A DNA stretch of 64,000 nt from Chiloscyllium plagiosum (Eukaryota), in assembly GCF_004010195.1 (NCBI RefSeq), contig NC_057720.1:23561105-23625104 (forward strand). The letters run 5' to 3'. This document shows positions 49,299 through 62,862 of the stretch, in pieces (position 1 is the stretch's first letter; every line of letters begins with the position of its first letter). A program made the translations under genes and the position numbers. Below the pieces are notes generated by a model. The model had not been told where the DNA came from, did not search any database, and worked only from the letters and a program-made list of their open reading frames with translations.

Positions 49299-51980
49299 TA
49301 TACAGACAGAGGCTTGCTTAGTGCCAGGGGCCTGAATGACAGGGAATTTGTTAGATGTATCAAGAATGTCTTTTGAAACAATATGTAAATAATCCAACTA
49401 GGGAAGGGGCCATGCTAGACCTGGTATTGGGAAATGAGTACAGCCTGGTGATCAAAGTTTCAGTGGGGGAGCATTTCAGGAACAGTGACCATAATTCTGA
49501 AAATTTTAAGGTACTGAGGGATAAGGACAAAAGTAGTCCTCTGGTGAAAGCATTAAATTAGGAAAAGACTATTTACCACAATATTAGTTAGGAATTGGGG
49601 AATATAGACTGGGAGCAGTTGTTTGAGGGTAAATCCACAACTGTCTTTTGGGATTCTTGTAAAGGCTAGTCGATCAGAGTTCAGGACTAACATGTTCCTG
49701 TTTAAATAAAGGATAATGATAACAAGATTCAGGAACCTTTGTTGAAAAGTGAAATTGAGAGCTTAGTCAAAAAGAAAATGTAAGGTTTAGATAACTGAAG
49801 ACAGACAGAGCCCTCGAAGAATATAAAGACAGTAGGAAAGAAAACCAGCAAAGATTTAGGATGTGCTAAAAGGGGAAATGAAATGTTTTTGGGAAATGAG
49901 TAAGGAAAATCCCAAGGTGTTTTACACATATGCACAAGGAGCTAGAGAGTAGCTAGGGAAAGGGTAAGTTCACTCAAGGACAACAAGGGAATTTATGCAT
50001 GGAACTGGTTGAGGTTCTTAATGAATACTTTGCATCGGTATTTACAAAGGAAAAGGATATGGTGGATGGTGAGTCTCAGGAGGAGTATGTTGATATTCTA
50101 GATTATGTCCATCTATAAAAGGAGGAGTGTTAGGTGTTTGAAAAAGCATTAATGTAGACAACTCCCCATAACCTGATGGGATCTATCCAAGAATGTTAAG
50201 GGAGGAAGGTAAGGAAATTGGTGGGACCTGGTACGAAACCCTTGTATCATTTTTAGTCATATGAGGGTTCCCAGAGGAGTGAAGAATAACCAAAGTTACT
50301 TCTTTGTTTAAGAAGGGCAACAGGGATAATCTTGGAAATCACAGGCCAGTGAGCCTTACATCACTGGTAGGGAAATTATTGGAGAAGATTCTAAGGGATA
50401 AGATTTACTCAAATGTAAAAAAATATGAACCTTTCAGCAGTAAGCAGCTTGATTTTGTGCAGGGAAGGTGGTGTCTCATAAATTTGATTGAATTTTGTGA
50501 GGAAGTGACAAAGTTGATTGATATGGGCAGAGTGATGGATGTTGTCTACATGGACTTTAGCAAGGCATTTGACAAGATCTGGCTGATTCAAAAGGTGAAG
50601 TCACATTGGCACCTGTGGTGAGCTAGAAAGATGGATACTCAACTGACTTAGTCATAGAAGGGAGAGAGTGGTGATGGAAGGGTATTTTTCTGACTGAAGA
50701 TCTGTGACCTGTGGTATTCCACAGGAATCAATGCTGGGACTCTTGTTGTTTGTAAGGTATATAAATGATTTGGAGGAGAACGTAGGTGGCCTGATTACTA
50801 AGTTTGCAGAAAACACAAAGATTGGGAGAGCTGCAGATTGCCAGAGGATACAGCAGAATATAGATAGGCTAGAGACTTGGACTGAGAAATGGCAGATGGA
50901 ATTTAATCCTGACAAATGCAAGGTGATGCATTTTGGGAGATAAGTACACAGTAAATGGCAGAACCCTTAATAGCATCAACATACAGAGGCATACATGTCC
51001 ATAATTCCCTGAAAGTGGCGACACAAGTAAATAATGTGGTCAAGAGGGCATATGGCATGCTTGCCTTCATCAGTCAGAGCATATAGGAGAAAAATTGGCA
51101 AATCATTTTGCAGATCTAAAGATCTTTAGTTAGGCCACATTGAGAATATGATGTACAGTTTCATCGCCAGAAAGATGTGGAGGTTTTGGAGGGAGTACGG
51201 AAATGGTTTACCAGGATGTTGCCTGGTTTCAAGGGTATTAGCTATGAGGAGAGATTGGACAAATTTAGTTTGTTTTCATTCGAAATTCTGAAAATTCGAA
51301 AACCTGATCAAAGTTTACACAATTGTGAGAGGCATGGATAGACTGGATAATCAGTCTTTTCTTTCCCATGGTAGAAATGTCAATTACTAGAGGACATAAG
51401 TTAAAGATAAAAGGAGGTGAGTTTAAAGGAGATATGAGAGGTGTGTTTTTTACACAGGGAATGGTAAGTGCCTGGGATGCGCTGCCAGAGGAGGTTGTGG
51501 AGGCGGATATAATTGAAACATTTAAAAGGCTTCCTGACAGGTATATGAAGGTAGGGAATAAAGAAATACAGACTGCATAGCGGCAAAAGATTATTAGTTT
51601 AGAAAGGCATCATGTGTCAGCACAGTCTTGGTGGGCCAAAGGGCCTGTTCCTATGCTATACTGTCTTTGTTCTTTGAGTAGAGTATTCAGTTTTCCTTTT
51701 TTCAGAAGGCAATTTCAAATGTTGTTCAGATGACAATGCAGCCTTTTGAAATATGAATTGGATATTAATGTTCAGCAAAGTTTCATTTCCCATAAGAGCT
51801 AATGCAGTGATATCATATGTCACATATGATTGTAAAAGACTAACCTCAGCAGATTTATATTCTGCCCATTTGAAATCAACCATTTGATATCATTGCTTTA
51901 TTGCATCATTTTAACATATCAAATTAACTCTACTGGGGATTGAAGATACTTGCAAGATAATGGACAGACATAGAAACTTT

Positions 51981-54346
51981 GGACGAAATTTTGCCATGAC
52001 CTGGTTGATGTGGATTATAATGTGAAATGTGGGAGAAATGAGTGAGATTCCAGTGAGGTCTTTCTCAAAGGTGAGACTGAAAAGTTGCATTTTTCAACCA
52101 AATTCCAGACAATGAGACAAGTTTCTCACTAATGAATGGAAAGGGTCTACAAATGGAGATTATCAGACATTATTATCCTCATTGCTACCTAATATTGCCT
52201 CATCAATATACTAATTAAGGCACTCATTCTCCCACACACAGAAACTAGATGCCACAAATTCCCAACATGAAAATCAGAGTCAGTATCTGGTAATTCTTGA
52301 GTAACTGTCCTATGACCATTAGCTCGGAGGGGTTAGACAGGGGATTGACATCACATTGATGGCCAGCCCCTAAAACAAGGAATATTAATAGGAACAGGAA
52401 GGAAGGAAGTGGCAAGAGGATCGAGGAAGATCAACCAAACCATATTCCTCAGGAAGACTAGAAGTTCCCCTATGTTAGCCTGAGGGAAGGACAAAGACTG
52501 TTGGTACTGAGGCCATCAAAGACTCCCAGAGACCACCACAAAAGAGCATAGAATGCAGGGAAGTGGAAGTGCACTGTCTCTACACTTCCATTCTGCAGAA
52601 CAGCTCTGGGATCAGCAAAGCATCTCATCCTGTTATTTCCTTTCTTCACCCAATTAAGTAATGTACCATATCTAAAAATTACTAGAAAATTACTATAAAT
52701 AATCAACTGCAAATATTAAATAACTATGATCACAAACCCTCTAAGATCAACATTTATCATGATACATCTCTGATCTGCACTTTAATAATGCACTTTAAAG
52801 CGTGCCAACATCTTTCATTGTAATGCTGCCGCAAGGTCACTGTGCATACAAGGGCAGTCACCCAACTTACTGATTGGTTTAGACCAAATCTCAGGGGTCC
52901 TTGCTTGCTCTCTTAAGCTCACTCAATTTGCCCTGACTGGATGCTCACAGAACGCTTGCCTTGAATTCCTTTGTGTTGTAACACCTAGCCTCTTTAGCTC
53001 AGACATAAAGCAAGGCAGCTTTCATGCTTATCAGCTTCATTAGTCAAGGACGTGTTGCAGCACAGGGGTACATCAATCTCACTGATGCGTCATGTACCAG
53101 ACGCATACACAGAAAACACATTGTGTTGCAACCTGATGTCTGTGCCTCAAAGCATAAAAGAAGTAGTTCTCAGTCAAGTCAAGGGAGAAAGCCAATTCAT
53201 CAGGTGTGTCAAGAGCAGTCTCCATTGTCAATCAAGGATTTGGGTTTGGTCAGTTAGTCACTTGTGGCAGTCAGGGTCAAGATCTCCTCCATGTAGGGTT
53301 GGGAGGCCAATGTCAGACATGCCTGTGGCCTGTTTTCTCACATAATGAATGGGAGGGATTGAGTGAGATCTATGTAGCTGTGACCACTGGTGCATGTTGG
53401 GGTAGATATTGAGGCAAGCTGAATGACTGACAGAGACCAAGCAGGGTTAGTGGCGTGGGGGTTTGGGGTGGCAGGGGTTGAGAATGAGTGAGGGAAGATG
53501 TTGCGTGCAGTAATGAGGGTTGCAGAGTATGAGCTTGGTGGGCGATGGATGGAGTAGCAAAGATAGTGTGAGATATCAGAAAAACGATGGTGGCACTTAC
53601 CTTGGCACTGTGGAGAAGGTCCACATTCAGGATGCTCTTCCAACCACTAAGACCACACTGACCCGGATGGCAACCGATCAGGTAGTGTGTAATATTGGTG
53701 ATTCCTCTGGCAGTCAAGAGGAAAGGCTTGGCCCTCCTTTCCACCAGGGGACATCTAGTCCAAGTCCACAAAGCAGAGCTGAAAATGTGTTGCTGGAAAA
53801 GCACAGCAGGTCAGGCAGCATCCAAGGAACAGGAGAATCGACGTTTCGGGCATAAGCCTTTTTTCAGAATGAGGAAAGTGTGTCCAGCAGGCTAAGATAA
53901 AAGGTAGGGAGGAGGGACTTGGGGGAGGGCCGTTGGAAATGCGATAGGTGGAAGGAGGTCATGGTGAGGGTGATAGGCCGGAGTGGGGTGGGGGCAGAGA
54001 GGTCAGGAAGAAGATTGCAGGTTAGGAAGGCAGTGCTGAGTTCGAGGGATTTGACTGAGACAAGGTGGGGGGAGGGGAAATGAGGAAACTGGAGAAACTG
54101 GAGTTAGAGGCAATCACACAAGAAAAACTCATTAGGACCTGGGAGAAATGTGTGAGATGTCCAGCAAGGCCTTTTTCAATGTTAAGATCAACATATTGCA
54201 TTTTTCAACCAAGTCCAAGACATCAAAACAAGATTCCCACTGACAAATGGAAAAGGGCATATGAATGGAGGTTACGAATGCAGAGAGAGCCCCTCCATGA
54301 AACTCAACAGAAAGACACTTAGCCAAAATATGGAAAAATTCAGCCC
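51981..54346 (-). mobile_element. Harbinger/PIF-type element with decayed Myb/SANT exon (second copy)
   Basis: TIR-like GGACGAAATTTTGCCAT versus reverse complement GGGCTGAATTTTTCCAT; exon LVERRAKPF..NVDLLHSAK|gtaagt (53601-53770); homologous to 34338-36584. Confidence 0.75.
53772..54098 (-). mobile_element. Penelope pLTR fragment (family A) inside the Harbinger element
   Basis: Matches 11576-11670; hammerhead with mutated core CTGAAAA. Confidence 0.85.
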
Positions 54347-55757
54347 TGAGTATTAAAGGTTATTTATGGGAATCAAAATTGAGCAACAGGCAATACAAAG
54401 CTGCACTTAATTTAAATTATTTATTTTACTATACAGCAATAACTTATTTTATATATCCCTGATTTCACGGTAAGGCAGATGAGATATTGTGAGATATAAA
54501 AACTGCATGAAGTTAAATCTGTAACACTTAACTGATTACAAATCGCATTTGGTTATTTAATGCAACATGCTGTAATCCTTATGTGGGATGTTTCCATATG
54601 CTGCATAATCTCAAAAAAGAAACGTTGATCTTTAGGAAAATGGTTGCTCGACTGAATAAATTTTTTGGTAGGCTTCAAGTGCTCATACTGCAGTCATTAA
54701 AGCTGACTCTGAAAGCAAAAGTAGCTTATGAAATGATTGGCCCTCTGTACATGAAGATATATCAAATAAATCATATGGAAGTAAATTTGCAGTAGTTAGC
54801 AATTATGATATTACAAAATCTTTTTGAATGGCTCATGTGATGAGCATTTTTACCTCTCTGTTAAATAACTAAAATCGTTCCACACAAGTAATGCTGAAAC
54901 TGTATTGAATCCATGGGAGAACTATGGAGATACTTAATTAGTAAAGCACAGCAGGAATTCAGACTCATAATAATGCAGTCTGTTTTCTTTTAGTGCTGTG
55001 GAGGACACCTTTAACCTCAGGGTGTTAATACCTCCTCCGTTTGTTCCTAAGGACAGAACAAATGATGATCTAAGTAGAAATAATAGTTTAAAGCAGCAAA
55101 TGATATTGATACTGTATGAGGAGAGCTGGTAGTAAATCTTGGGGAAGAGAGTTGATTTTGGGTATTAGGATCTTCAAAGCAGATTTGTCAGGTCAATTCT
55201 GAAAAGGATGAATAAAAGATTTTTTTTTTGAACAGCTGCTTAACCAGTTGCAGTTCATTATCTGACAAAGTTTCTTTGAAATTTTGAGTACAAAATTCAG
55301 CTGCTTAGTACCTATATTTTCAACACTGGAGGCATTGTTTTGGGTGCAAAATAGCATCTCTGCTGCTTGTGCACACTTTGGGTTGAATTTAGTCATGCAG
55401 CAAGGGCCTCAACAATGGGCCAGTGTCTTGCGGCACCCATCCCCCAACCACATTTTAGACCAATCTGCCATGGATTTGCAGACACCACATGCAAGTTCAG
55501 ATATGCTCTGCACTCTATGTTCCCTCTGAGCTGCACAGCCACAGCCCAATGCAGAAGTGCCTGTGCAAGGTGCATCTTGTCATCCGTTACTATGTAAGGC
55601 TGTACTGAAGAACTTAAAAGGCCCAAGAAACTTAAACAATTATCCTGCATTCCAAAACAAATTTAGAGGATAACTTACTTGCGATCACAAGTGTGCAGCC
55701 ATGCTCAGTGCAACATATGCAAATGATTGCCTCATATCCTGGCTGCTGTCATATTGG

Positions 55758-56799
55758 TAAAAACAATGACTGCAGATGCTGGAAACCAGATTCTGGATCA
55801 GTGGTGCTGGAAGAGCACAGCAATTCAGGCAGCATCCGAGGACAGGCAAAATCGACGTTTCGGGCAAAAGCCCTTCATCAGGAATAAAGGCAGAGAGCCT
55901 GAAGCGTGGAGAGATAAGCTAGAGGAGGGGGGGGGTGGGGAGAGAGTAGCATAGAGTACAATAGGTCAGTGGGGAAGGAGATATACACGCCGTGACATCG
56001 AACAATTCTTCCGTCGCCTCCGCCTCCAAGCTTACTTTCACAATCAGGACTCCCGCCCACCTNNNNNNNNNNNNNNNNNNNNNNNNNNNNNNNNNNNNNN
56101 NNNNNNNNNNNNNNNNNNNNNNNNNNNNNNNNNNNNNNNNNNNNNNNNNNNNNNNNNNNNNNNNNNNNNNNNNNNNNNNNNNNNNNNNNNNNNNNNNNNN
56201 NNNNNNNNNNNNNNNNNNNNNNNNNNNNNNNNNNNNNNNNNNNNNNNNNNNNNNNNNNNNNNNNNNNNNNNNNNNNNNNNNNNNNNNNNNNNNNNNNNNN
56301 NNNNNNNNNNNNNNNNNNNNNNNNNNNNNNNNNNNNNNNNNNNNNNNNNNNNNNNNNNNNNNNNNNNNNNNNNNNNNNNNNNNNNNNNNNNNNNNNNNNN
56401 NNNNNNNNNNNNNNNNNNNNNNNNNNNNNNNNNNNNNNNNNNNNNNNNNNNNNNNNNNNNNNNNNNNNNGCTGGGATGAGGTGGGGGAAGGGGAAATGTG
56501 GTAGCTGTTGAAGTTCAGATTGTTGCCCTGGGGTTGAAGTGTTCCGAGGCGGAAGGTGAGGCGTTCTTCCTCCAGGCGTCTGGTGGTGAGGGAGCGGCGG
56601 TGGAGGAGGCCCAGCACCTCCATATCCTCGGCAGAGTGGGAGGGGGAGTTGAAATGTTGAGCCTCTGGGCGATTTGGTTGATTGGTGCGGGTGTCTCAGA
56701 GATGTTCCCTAAAGCACTCTGCTAGGAGGCGCCCAGTCTCCCCAATGTAGAGGAGACCGCATCGGGAGCAACGGATACAATAGATGATATTAGTGGATG
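55758..56799 (-). mobile_element. 5'-truncated Penelope-like element with GIY-YIG remnant, spanning a gap
   Basis: IIYCIRCSRCGLLYIGETGR..REHL..HFN..RRLEEERL.FRLGTLQPQG.N; perfect 14-bp TSD TGCTGTCATATTGG at 55744-55757 and 56800-56813. Confidence 0.93.
55854..55881 (-). ncRNA. Minimal hammerhead ribozyme motif
   Basis: Reverse complement CTGATGAAGGGCTTTTGCCCGAAACGTC, identical to 140-167. Confidence 0.75.
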
Positions 56800-59700
56800 T
56801 GCTGTCATATTGGCTTAACTCTACATCAGTCCACGGTACCATCAGCCAACATACAAAACCAGAGACTGCTATCTACTGACTATCTGGCTTAAGGGTCCAG
56901 TGCACAATCTAACATGTGCCCAGCACAGATATCATAAGACACATGTTTCCACACAAAATGTCACCACTGACAATTAGTATGATCTGTGGAGAAACCCTGA
57001 TATCTTCACCAAAGCATGTGTCAAGATATGTTATAATCTACTGTACTTTAGCATCATGAGGGCACAGCTTTTATCACATAATAAAAAGAAAGAAGTGCTG
57101 TTATAATGGACTTTCATGACCAACAGATATCCTATAGCCTGTGAAGTATTTTTGAAGTATTGTCACTATTGCAGGAAGCTAGATCAATGTTGATCAGCAG
57201 AAGAGGTGGAGAAAGAAGACAGGAGGGAGGGGAGACAACAATGGTAGAGAAGGAGGAAAAGGGAGAGGATTAGTAAGGATGGAGGTATCCTTTTCACCCA
57301 AGCCGTCTGGGTTTGGCACACCCTACTGTAGATCCAATGAGCACAGCAATCTGTTGGGGGACCGAGACTGAGAATTTCTGTGAAGACCTGCATTCATCTT
57401 TCAACTCTACTATTCACAGCTATGATGCTCAGCCTCAGCCTGAGTGAGTTTCCAGTACCAGGACATTGCAATCTGCTATCACCTATCTGTAGGCTGTTAT
57501 GCCTAAATGCACAATGCTCTGGTTTCCAGTTCAGGTTTCGAGCCCAGCTGAGCCAGGGAATAGGAACATTCAATGCGCAAAGTTCTTAGCTCTGGTTCCA
57601 CTTCCAGAAAAATTTAAGGGGAAATTCATTTCTCATGTCAATTCCTGCGATTGGTAGCAGCACAGACTGCAACCTGCCTGGATCAGTTGGCATTTTCCTT
57701 ACTTTCATTGAAGATAACCATATAGATGATGGTGCATTGCATCAAATTTTGGAACTGGAGATCAATGCTGTGAACACTGTTGGCATGCCAATCACTGATC
57801 ACCATGTGTGAATCCTTGAAGTAGCTGTGTGCTTGCACAGTCGAGACGGAATGTTGCACCCTTCCATAGCGCCTAAAAACTTGGCATCCTACCAACCTGA
57901 ACGTTCCCCACTTGTACCTCACCTCCTATCCACTTGGCACCCTATCCCACATGGTACACGCTTATCCAACCGGCGGGCACTGTATGTTTTTGATATCCTA
58001 ACCTCACACTTACCTTATGTACTTACCACTTGATAGCAACTGTCAAAGTGACTGTGACTCGAGATCTTTAAATTTCAGAATTGCCAGCTGACTGCTGTGA
58101 AAAAGGAGGATGTAGTTTGCCTTTGCTTACTGTTTACAAAATAAGAAAACTGTCAGAATGTATGTACAGATCTGCATTTCGGAAGGCGCCCTGATTAGAA
58201 TCTCTTGACAGAAATGCAGAGCTCTCTCTCATTTCATAAAAAAGAGGTGGAGTGGCAAACAAGATAAGATTGTCACTCCCAGAAAAATCCAGTCTTATCC
58301 ATTTTACTGAGCTTATTGTCATTTGAGCTAAGATGACTTAGTGTCATAAATTGTACTATAATGCTCATGAGAAGCAATGTAGGATGTTTCATTACATTGC
58401 AAGTTCTATATAAATACAAGTTGTTGTAGCTGTAATGTCACAAGTGCTCCATTGACTTCTCCCCCAGCTCTCCCTTTGTTTGTAATGAGTTTACACCAAC
58501 AGGTTTTGGAGGTCAACATATTGAAATCAATGTACAATATGAAACTAGTTACTTGTTTATAAGGTTGTTTTTTAGGACTAGTGTGTTTCAATACAAAATA
58601 GTTTTATAAATTTATTTTTGAAATATTAGACCTTCTACAAACGAGCTCACATTATACAGATTCATAAGTAAATTATTACCTTTAAAGGCATTGTAAATTG
58701 AGTGAGTTATGGGATAACAAATGTGGCAAACTTCCATTCATTCTACACTCTCTACTGCCTGGTAAATCATACTGGCAAATCAGACTCTGAAAATGTTGCT
58801 TAAATTTACAGATTTAATTGTATCAAAAAATTATAATTTCTCAAATAATAATTGGGGTTCATTGAAATGTATTGTATGAATAAGGTGACTGACATTTCCA
58901 ACCTTACATTTTGGGGAAAAAAAATTGTGTTACATGGACCTATTACTGAAAAGTCTCAGAAACCCAATATCGGTAGGTCATTGTGAAAATTAAAATTGAA
59001 AGTTTTTCTTGTACATGAATGAAGATATATTCTATGTTAAATAAATCATGCTTTTTGTTCTTCATCTGCCAACCAACATTGCAAAATTACTCCTTTTGGA
59101 TTATGGATCGGTAATGCTTGGAGTGAAATGCTTGGCTTATTATTAAACTAAATGGGATATCAGGGAATTATTGCACAATTTTAACATCATTGTCTGAAAT
59201 TTACAGAGAAAAAAAAATGGTTTGCACACAATTAAAATGACAATTTTAAAAAGACAAAAACACAATTAAAATCAAGTCATGAATTCCTAATACTCATTCC
59301 AGCAACATGCCAGAAAAACACACCAGGACCATTTGGTGCCAAGTTAGTTACTAATCACATGAACAGCAAGTTATTAAAAGTCAAAAGTGTGGAACTCATA
59401 GATAGCTGATTCATAATATGAAAAGCTGTTTGTGAACATATGCAGAAATCATCTCTTACTGATTGCTCAACCTACCATATCACCATTGAATGATTCAAGT
59501 CATTAACTGCACCATAAGGAAATAATTAATCTAGGGATTTAGAAGTTGTTGAAATGCTGGAGATGGAGTGCCCAATATCATCAAAAGGGCAGATGGTAAA
59601 GATGGTGGGAGGCTGCACTCAGGGTAAATTGTAAACTGGAACTGGAACTTCTGCTTCTGTCGCCCTATCTAGTCCCAGGGAACTTTTACTTATAACCTGG

Positions 59701-60263
59701 AACGAAGCCACATCTAAAGAGAACGGGTGATGTTCTCCTCACTGGCAATTCTTTATTATGAAAATGTAATGCCATCTAGGCGACAAAGGCCCAGACCTTC
59801 CAAATATGTTTATGTTTATATTTGAATTATCCTTTTGAACATGGACCAACATACTTAGTCACATGGGACTGGGACCTCAGTTAAGAGGGTTCTAGGAAGT
59901 CCTACTCAACCATACCTCTGTATATCATGTAAATAATTAACATAAATCCCATGCTTTCCACTAATGGGATGTTCAGTCCTCGTCTTCTAAAAGATCCCAG
60001 AATCTGCTTGTAATATTTAATATTGGTAACAACAGTGTTATACAAGCTATGAATCACTTACATGCAATCTTAATGGTGCTGATGCTGGGAATGTGAAAGA
60101 CCCATTGGCTGGGTAGAACATTTAAGACAAACACTAATTGCAGTAATCATACAATTACCAGAATGTTGTCAGGACCGACAGCCTTTGCAACATCCAGTGC
60201 TTTTTGACATCATGTGGAATGTGAAGGGGAACTTTTTTCTGCCCTGTTTCTTTTGAAGTGGGT

Positions 60264-60817
60264 TGTTATTAACTTGATACCAAAATGTCTGCTTCATGAA
60301 AAGCAGAGTAAATAGCTTTGAGATTATTTTAGACAAAAGAAGCATGAGTGGATGGAGTCAGGCTCACACATACCCAGGATTTTTGAAGTTGGGTTTCTGG
60401 AGTTGAAGCTGCTCTCTCTCTGCTGCTGCAAAAAGTTTGAGTTCTCTCTTTGCTGCTAAATTCATTCTGTTGGTGTTCCTTCTCCTGGACTGGAAAAGAT
60501 AACAAGTGTGGAAAATCCATTTTGCTGAATTTGCCTTTGCCAAGGGTATGTTTATGGGATGCGACTATATTGAAACAGTTAATGAGTAGTAGTTAAATAA
60601 TATGTTATTTTGTTAAATATTTTGATAGAGATAAAGTTGTTTCAATTCTTCTTTGGTTATTTGCATTTTATCTGTAGTGTAAGAATAAAGTGTGTTTTGC
60701 TGAAAGTCCGGTAGTTGACCAATTAAATCACAGCAGGAACACGGTGCCTTTAAATAAAACTTAGGGTCTAAGCTATCTCCTTAGTATATTTTGAGGGTGT
60801 TTGGTCTGTTCATAACA
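60264..60817 (+). mobile_element. Solo LTR
   Basis: TGTTAT...ATAACA inverted termini, internal AATAAA; related to 45762-46374. Confidence 0.75.
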
Positions 60818-60847
60818 GGAGTGAATCAATACTGCTGTAACATCGAA

Positions 60848-61152
60848 TTACTGCAGTAATGAAGTAGACCATTCAGTCCATCAAGTCCACACACCCCTTC
60901 AGAGACCATTCTACCCTGACCCAGCCTATCCCTCATTGGCACATCCCTGGTCACTATGGGCAATTTAGCACAACCAATCCACTTAACCTGCACATCTTTG
61001 GACTGTGAGAGGAAAATGGAGCATCCAGAGGAACCCCACGCAGACAGGGAGAGAAAGTGCAAACTCTGCACAGATAGTTGCCAAAGGCTGGAATCCAACC
61101 TGTGCCCCTGGTGCTGTGAGGCAGCAGTGCTAACCACTAAGCCACCATGCCT
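60848..61152 (-). mobile_element. HE1-like V-SINE
   Basis: Reverse complement homologous to 23239-23556. Confidence 0.85.
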
Positions 61153-61789
61153 CCCAATGTCAAAAACTGTGCATTGTCTGTCAGGTATGATTCTGTGGAT
61201 ATGACTATGTCAGGCTGTTGTTTAACTACTCTGTGCAACAGCTCTCATACTTTTGGCATTAACCCCGAGGTGTTAGTAAGGTGGACTTTGCAGGGACAAC
61301 AGGGCTTTTTCTACCATTTGTATTCTGGTGCCTCGGTTAATGGAAGATGATCCATTCAGATTTATTTCTTGTTTGAGACTTCATAGCAACTGTGCGACTT
61401 GCTAGGCCATTTCAGAGATGATTTGAGAGTCAACCACAGTTCTGTGGGTCTAGAGTCACATGCAGGCCAGACCAAGTGAGGATGGTAGATTTCCTTCCCT
61501 GAACTAAATGGGTTTTTCCAACAATTGATAATGGTTTCATGGTCATCGGTAGATTCTTAATTCCACATGTACTATTGAAGGCTCTTCAGCTTCTTGTTAT
61601 CTTTGTGGCCAAAAGCAATTACAGCCAAATCTTTTGTGAAGTTTCTTTGACATGTTTAGGCATTACATCTCATCAGTTCCAATAAGAAGTATGTACTCCT
61701 GCAGTTATCTTGTCTCTGTAGCAGTGCTTTATAAAACAAAAAAATACATTTTGGAATTAAGAGCTAAAAGCACCCATACTATTTAAGGG

Positions 61790-62325
61790 CCCTGATGAAT
61801 CATTGTAACATCAGAGTGGGAGAAATTGTTTTCACTCATAAAAAGATTTAGAATTAGAATGGGCAAATTTAATGTGATTTGTAAACATAGCAAATGTGAT
61901 GTGTGAAAAGGTTTTTTTGCACTTTTGAGTGGTTCAGGGCAAAATGTACTGCCTCGATGTGTTTTGGCAGCAGAGTCAATTGAAGCTTTCAAAAGGGCAT
62001 TGGATGGTTATTTGAATAAAAATTCAACCTGCAAGGATTTGGGGGAAAAGGCAGGAAAAACTGCCAGTGTCTCAGCTATTGTAAGAAGCTGTTCTGAAGT
62101 GTGGTTCTCACTGCGACAATGTGTTGACCCTCCAGGAAGAAGATAATGGAATGCATGTACACTATCTATCCATGCCCAGAGAGCCAAGAACACTGCTGGA
62201 GATTGTTACTTTCAGAGAAAAAGACCTACTTTTAGGAATAGAATGGTTTTGACGTAGATGATCAGCCATGGTCTAGTATGTTGGAGCAGGCTGAACAGCC
62301 TACTTCTGCACTTATGTTCCTATGA
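61790..62325 (+). mobile_element. Degenerate CR1 3' fragment(s)
   Basis: AESIEAFKRALDGYL; ATCAGCCATG..CCTACTTCTGC..TTATGTTCCTATG tail. Confidence 0.65.
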
Positions 62326-62350
62326 AATACTTTATGGGTGGAATGAAGTT

Positions 62351-62862
62351 GTGGGGGGTGGGGGTGGGGGTGGGGGGGGGGGGGGGGGGGAGGTATAGTA
62401 GTATATGGAGTTAATAGAATTTTGCTAAGAGCTAGACTGGTTCCAATCAGTCCTGTCCAACTGTGACTCTCTGAATAGTGTACAAATGTTTACAATAAAG
62501 AATAAATTAATAGTTTATAAATATTCCTTGGCTGACCATGGTATATTGGGCAGATTTCCTCCATCCAAAGCTCCCAGAATCTGTTCATGTTATTTTTGCA
62601 CTCAGCAGCCCTGGGGGGGGGGGGGGGGGGGGGGGGGGGAGGTATAGTAGTATATGGAGTTAATAGAATTTTGCTAAGAGCTAGACTGGTTCCAATCAGT
62701 CCTGTCCAACTGTGACTCTCTGAATAGTGTACAAATGTTTACAATAAAGAATAAATTAATAGTTTATAAATATTCCTTGGCTGACCATGGTATATTGGGC
62801 AGATTTCCTCCATCCAAAGCTCCCAGAATCTGTTCATGTTATTTTTGCACTCAGCAGCCCTG
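62351..62862. repeat. G-runs plus an exact 223-bp direct duplication
   Basis: 62391-62613 identical to 62640-62862, each preceded by poly-G. Confidence 0.95.

Larger units (their letters stand above)
48130..51675 (+). mobile_element. Old near-full CR1 LINE (ORF1 end and ORF2), with nested MITE and PLE
   Basis: NPTREGAMLDLVLGNE, SDHN, NHRPVSLTS, YMDFSKAFDK, KFAENTKIG, WQMEFNPDKCKVMHFG; TTTGTTCTTTG tail. Confidence 0.93.
55380..58030 (+). pseudogene. Harbinger element with decayed HARBI1-like DDE transposase, interrupted by a PLE; right boundary uncertain
   Basis: TIR-like GGGTTGAATTT; VCSH..MQMIASYPGCCH / LTLHQSTVP / YLLTIWLKGPVHN..QHRYHKTHVSTQNV / GETLISSPKHVSRYV match the HARBI1 motif order. 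Confidence 0.75.

Noticed and set aside
54837..54897. GTGATGA...CTGA C/D-box-like pair
   Set aside because: No terminal stem, no recognisable rRNA guide, no host gene.
62787..62860. Minus-strand candidate exon AAECKNNMNRFWELWMEEICPIYH
   Set aside because: No recognisable homology, weak donor, and it lies in a suspect duplicated segment.
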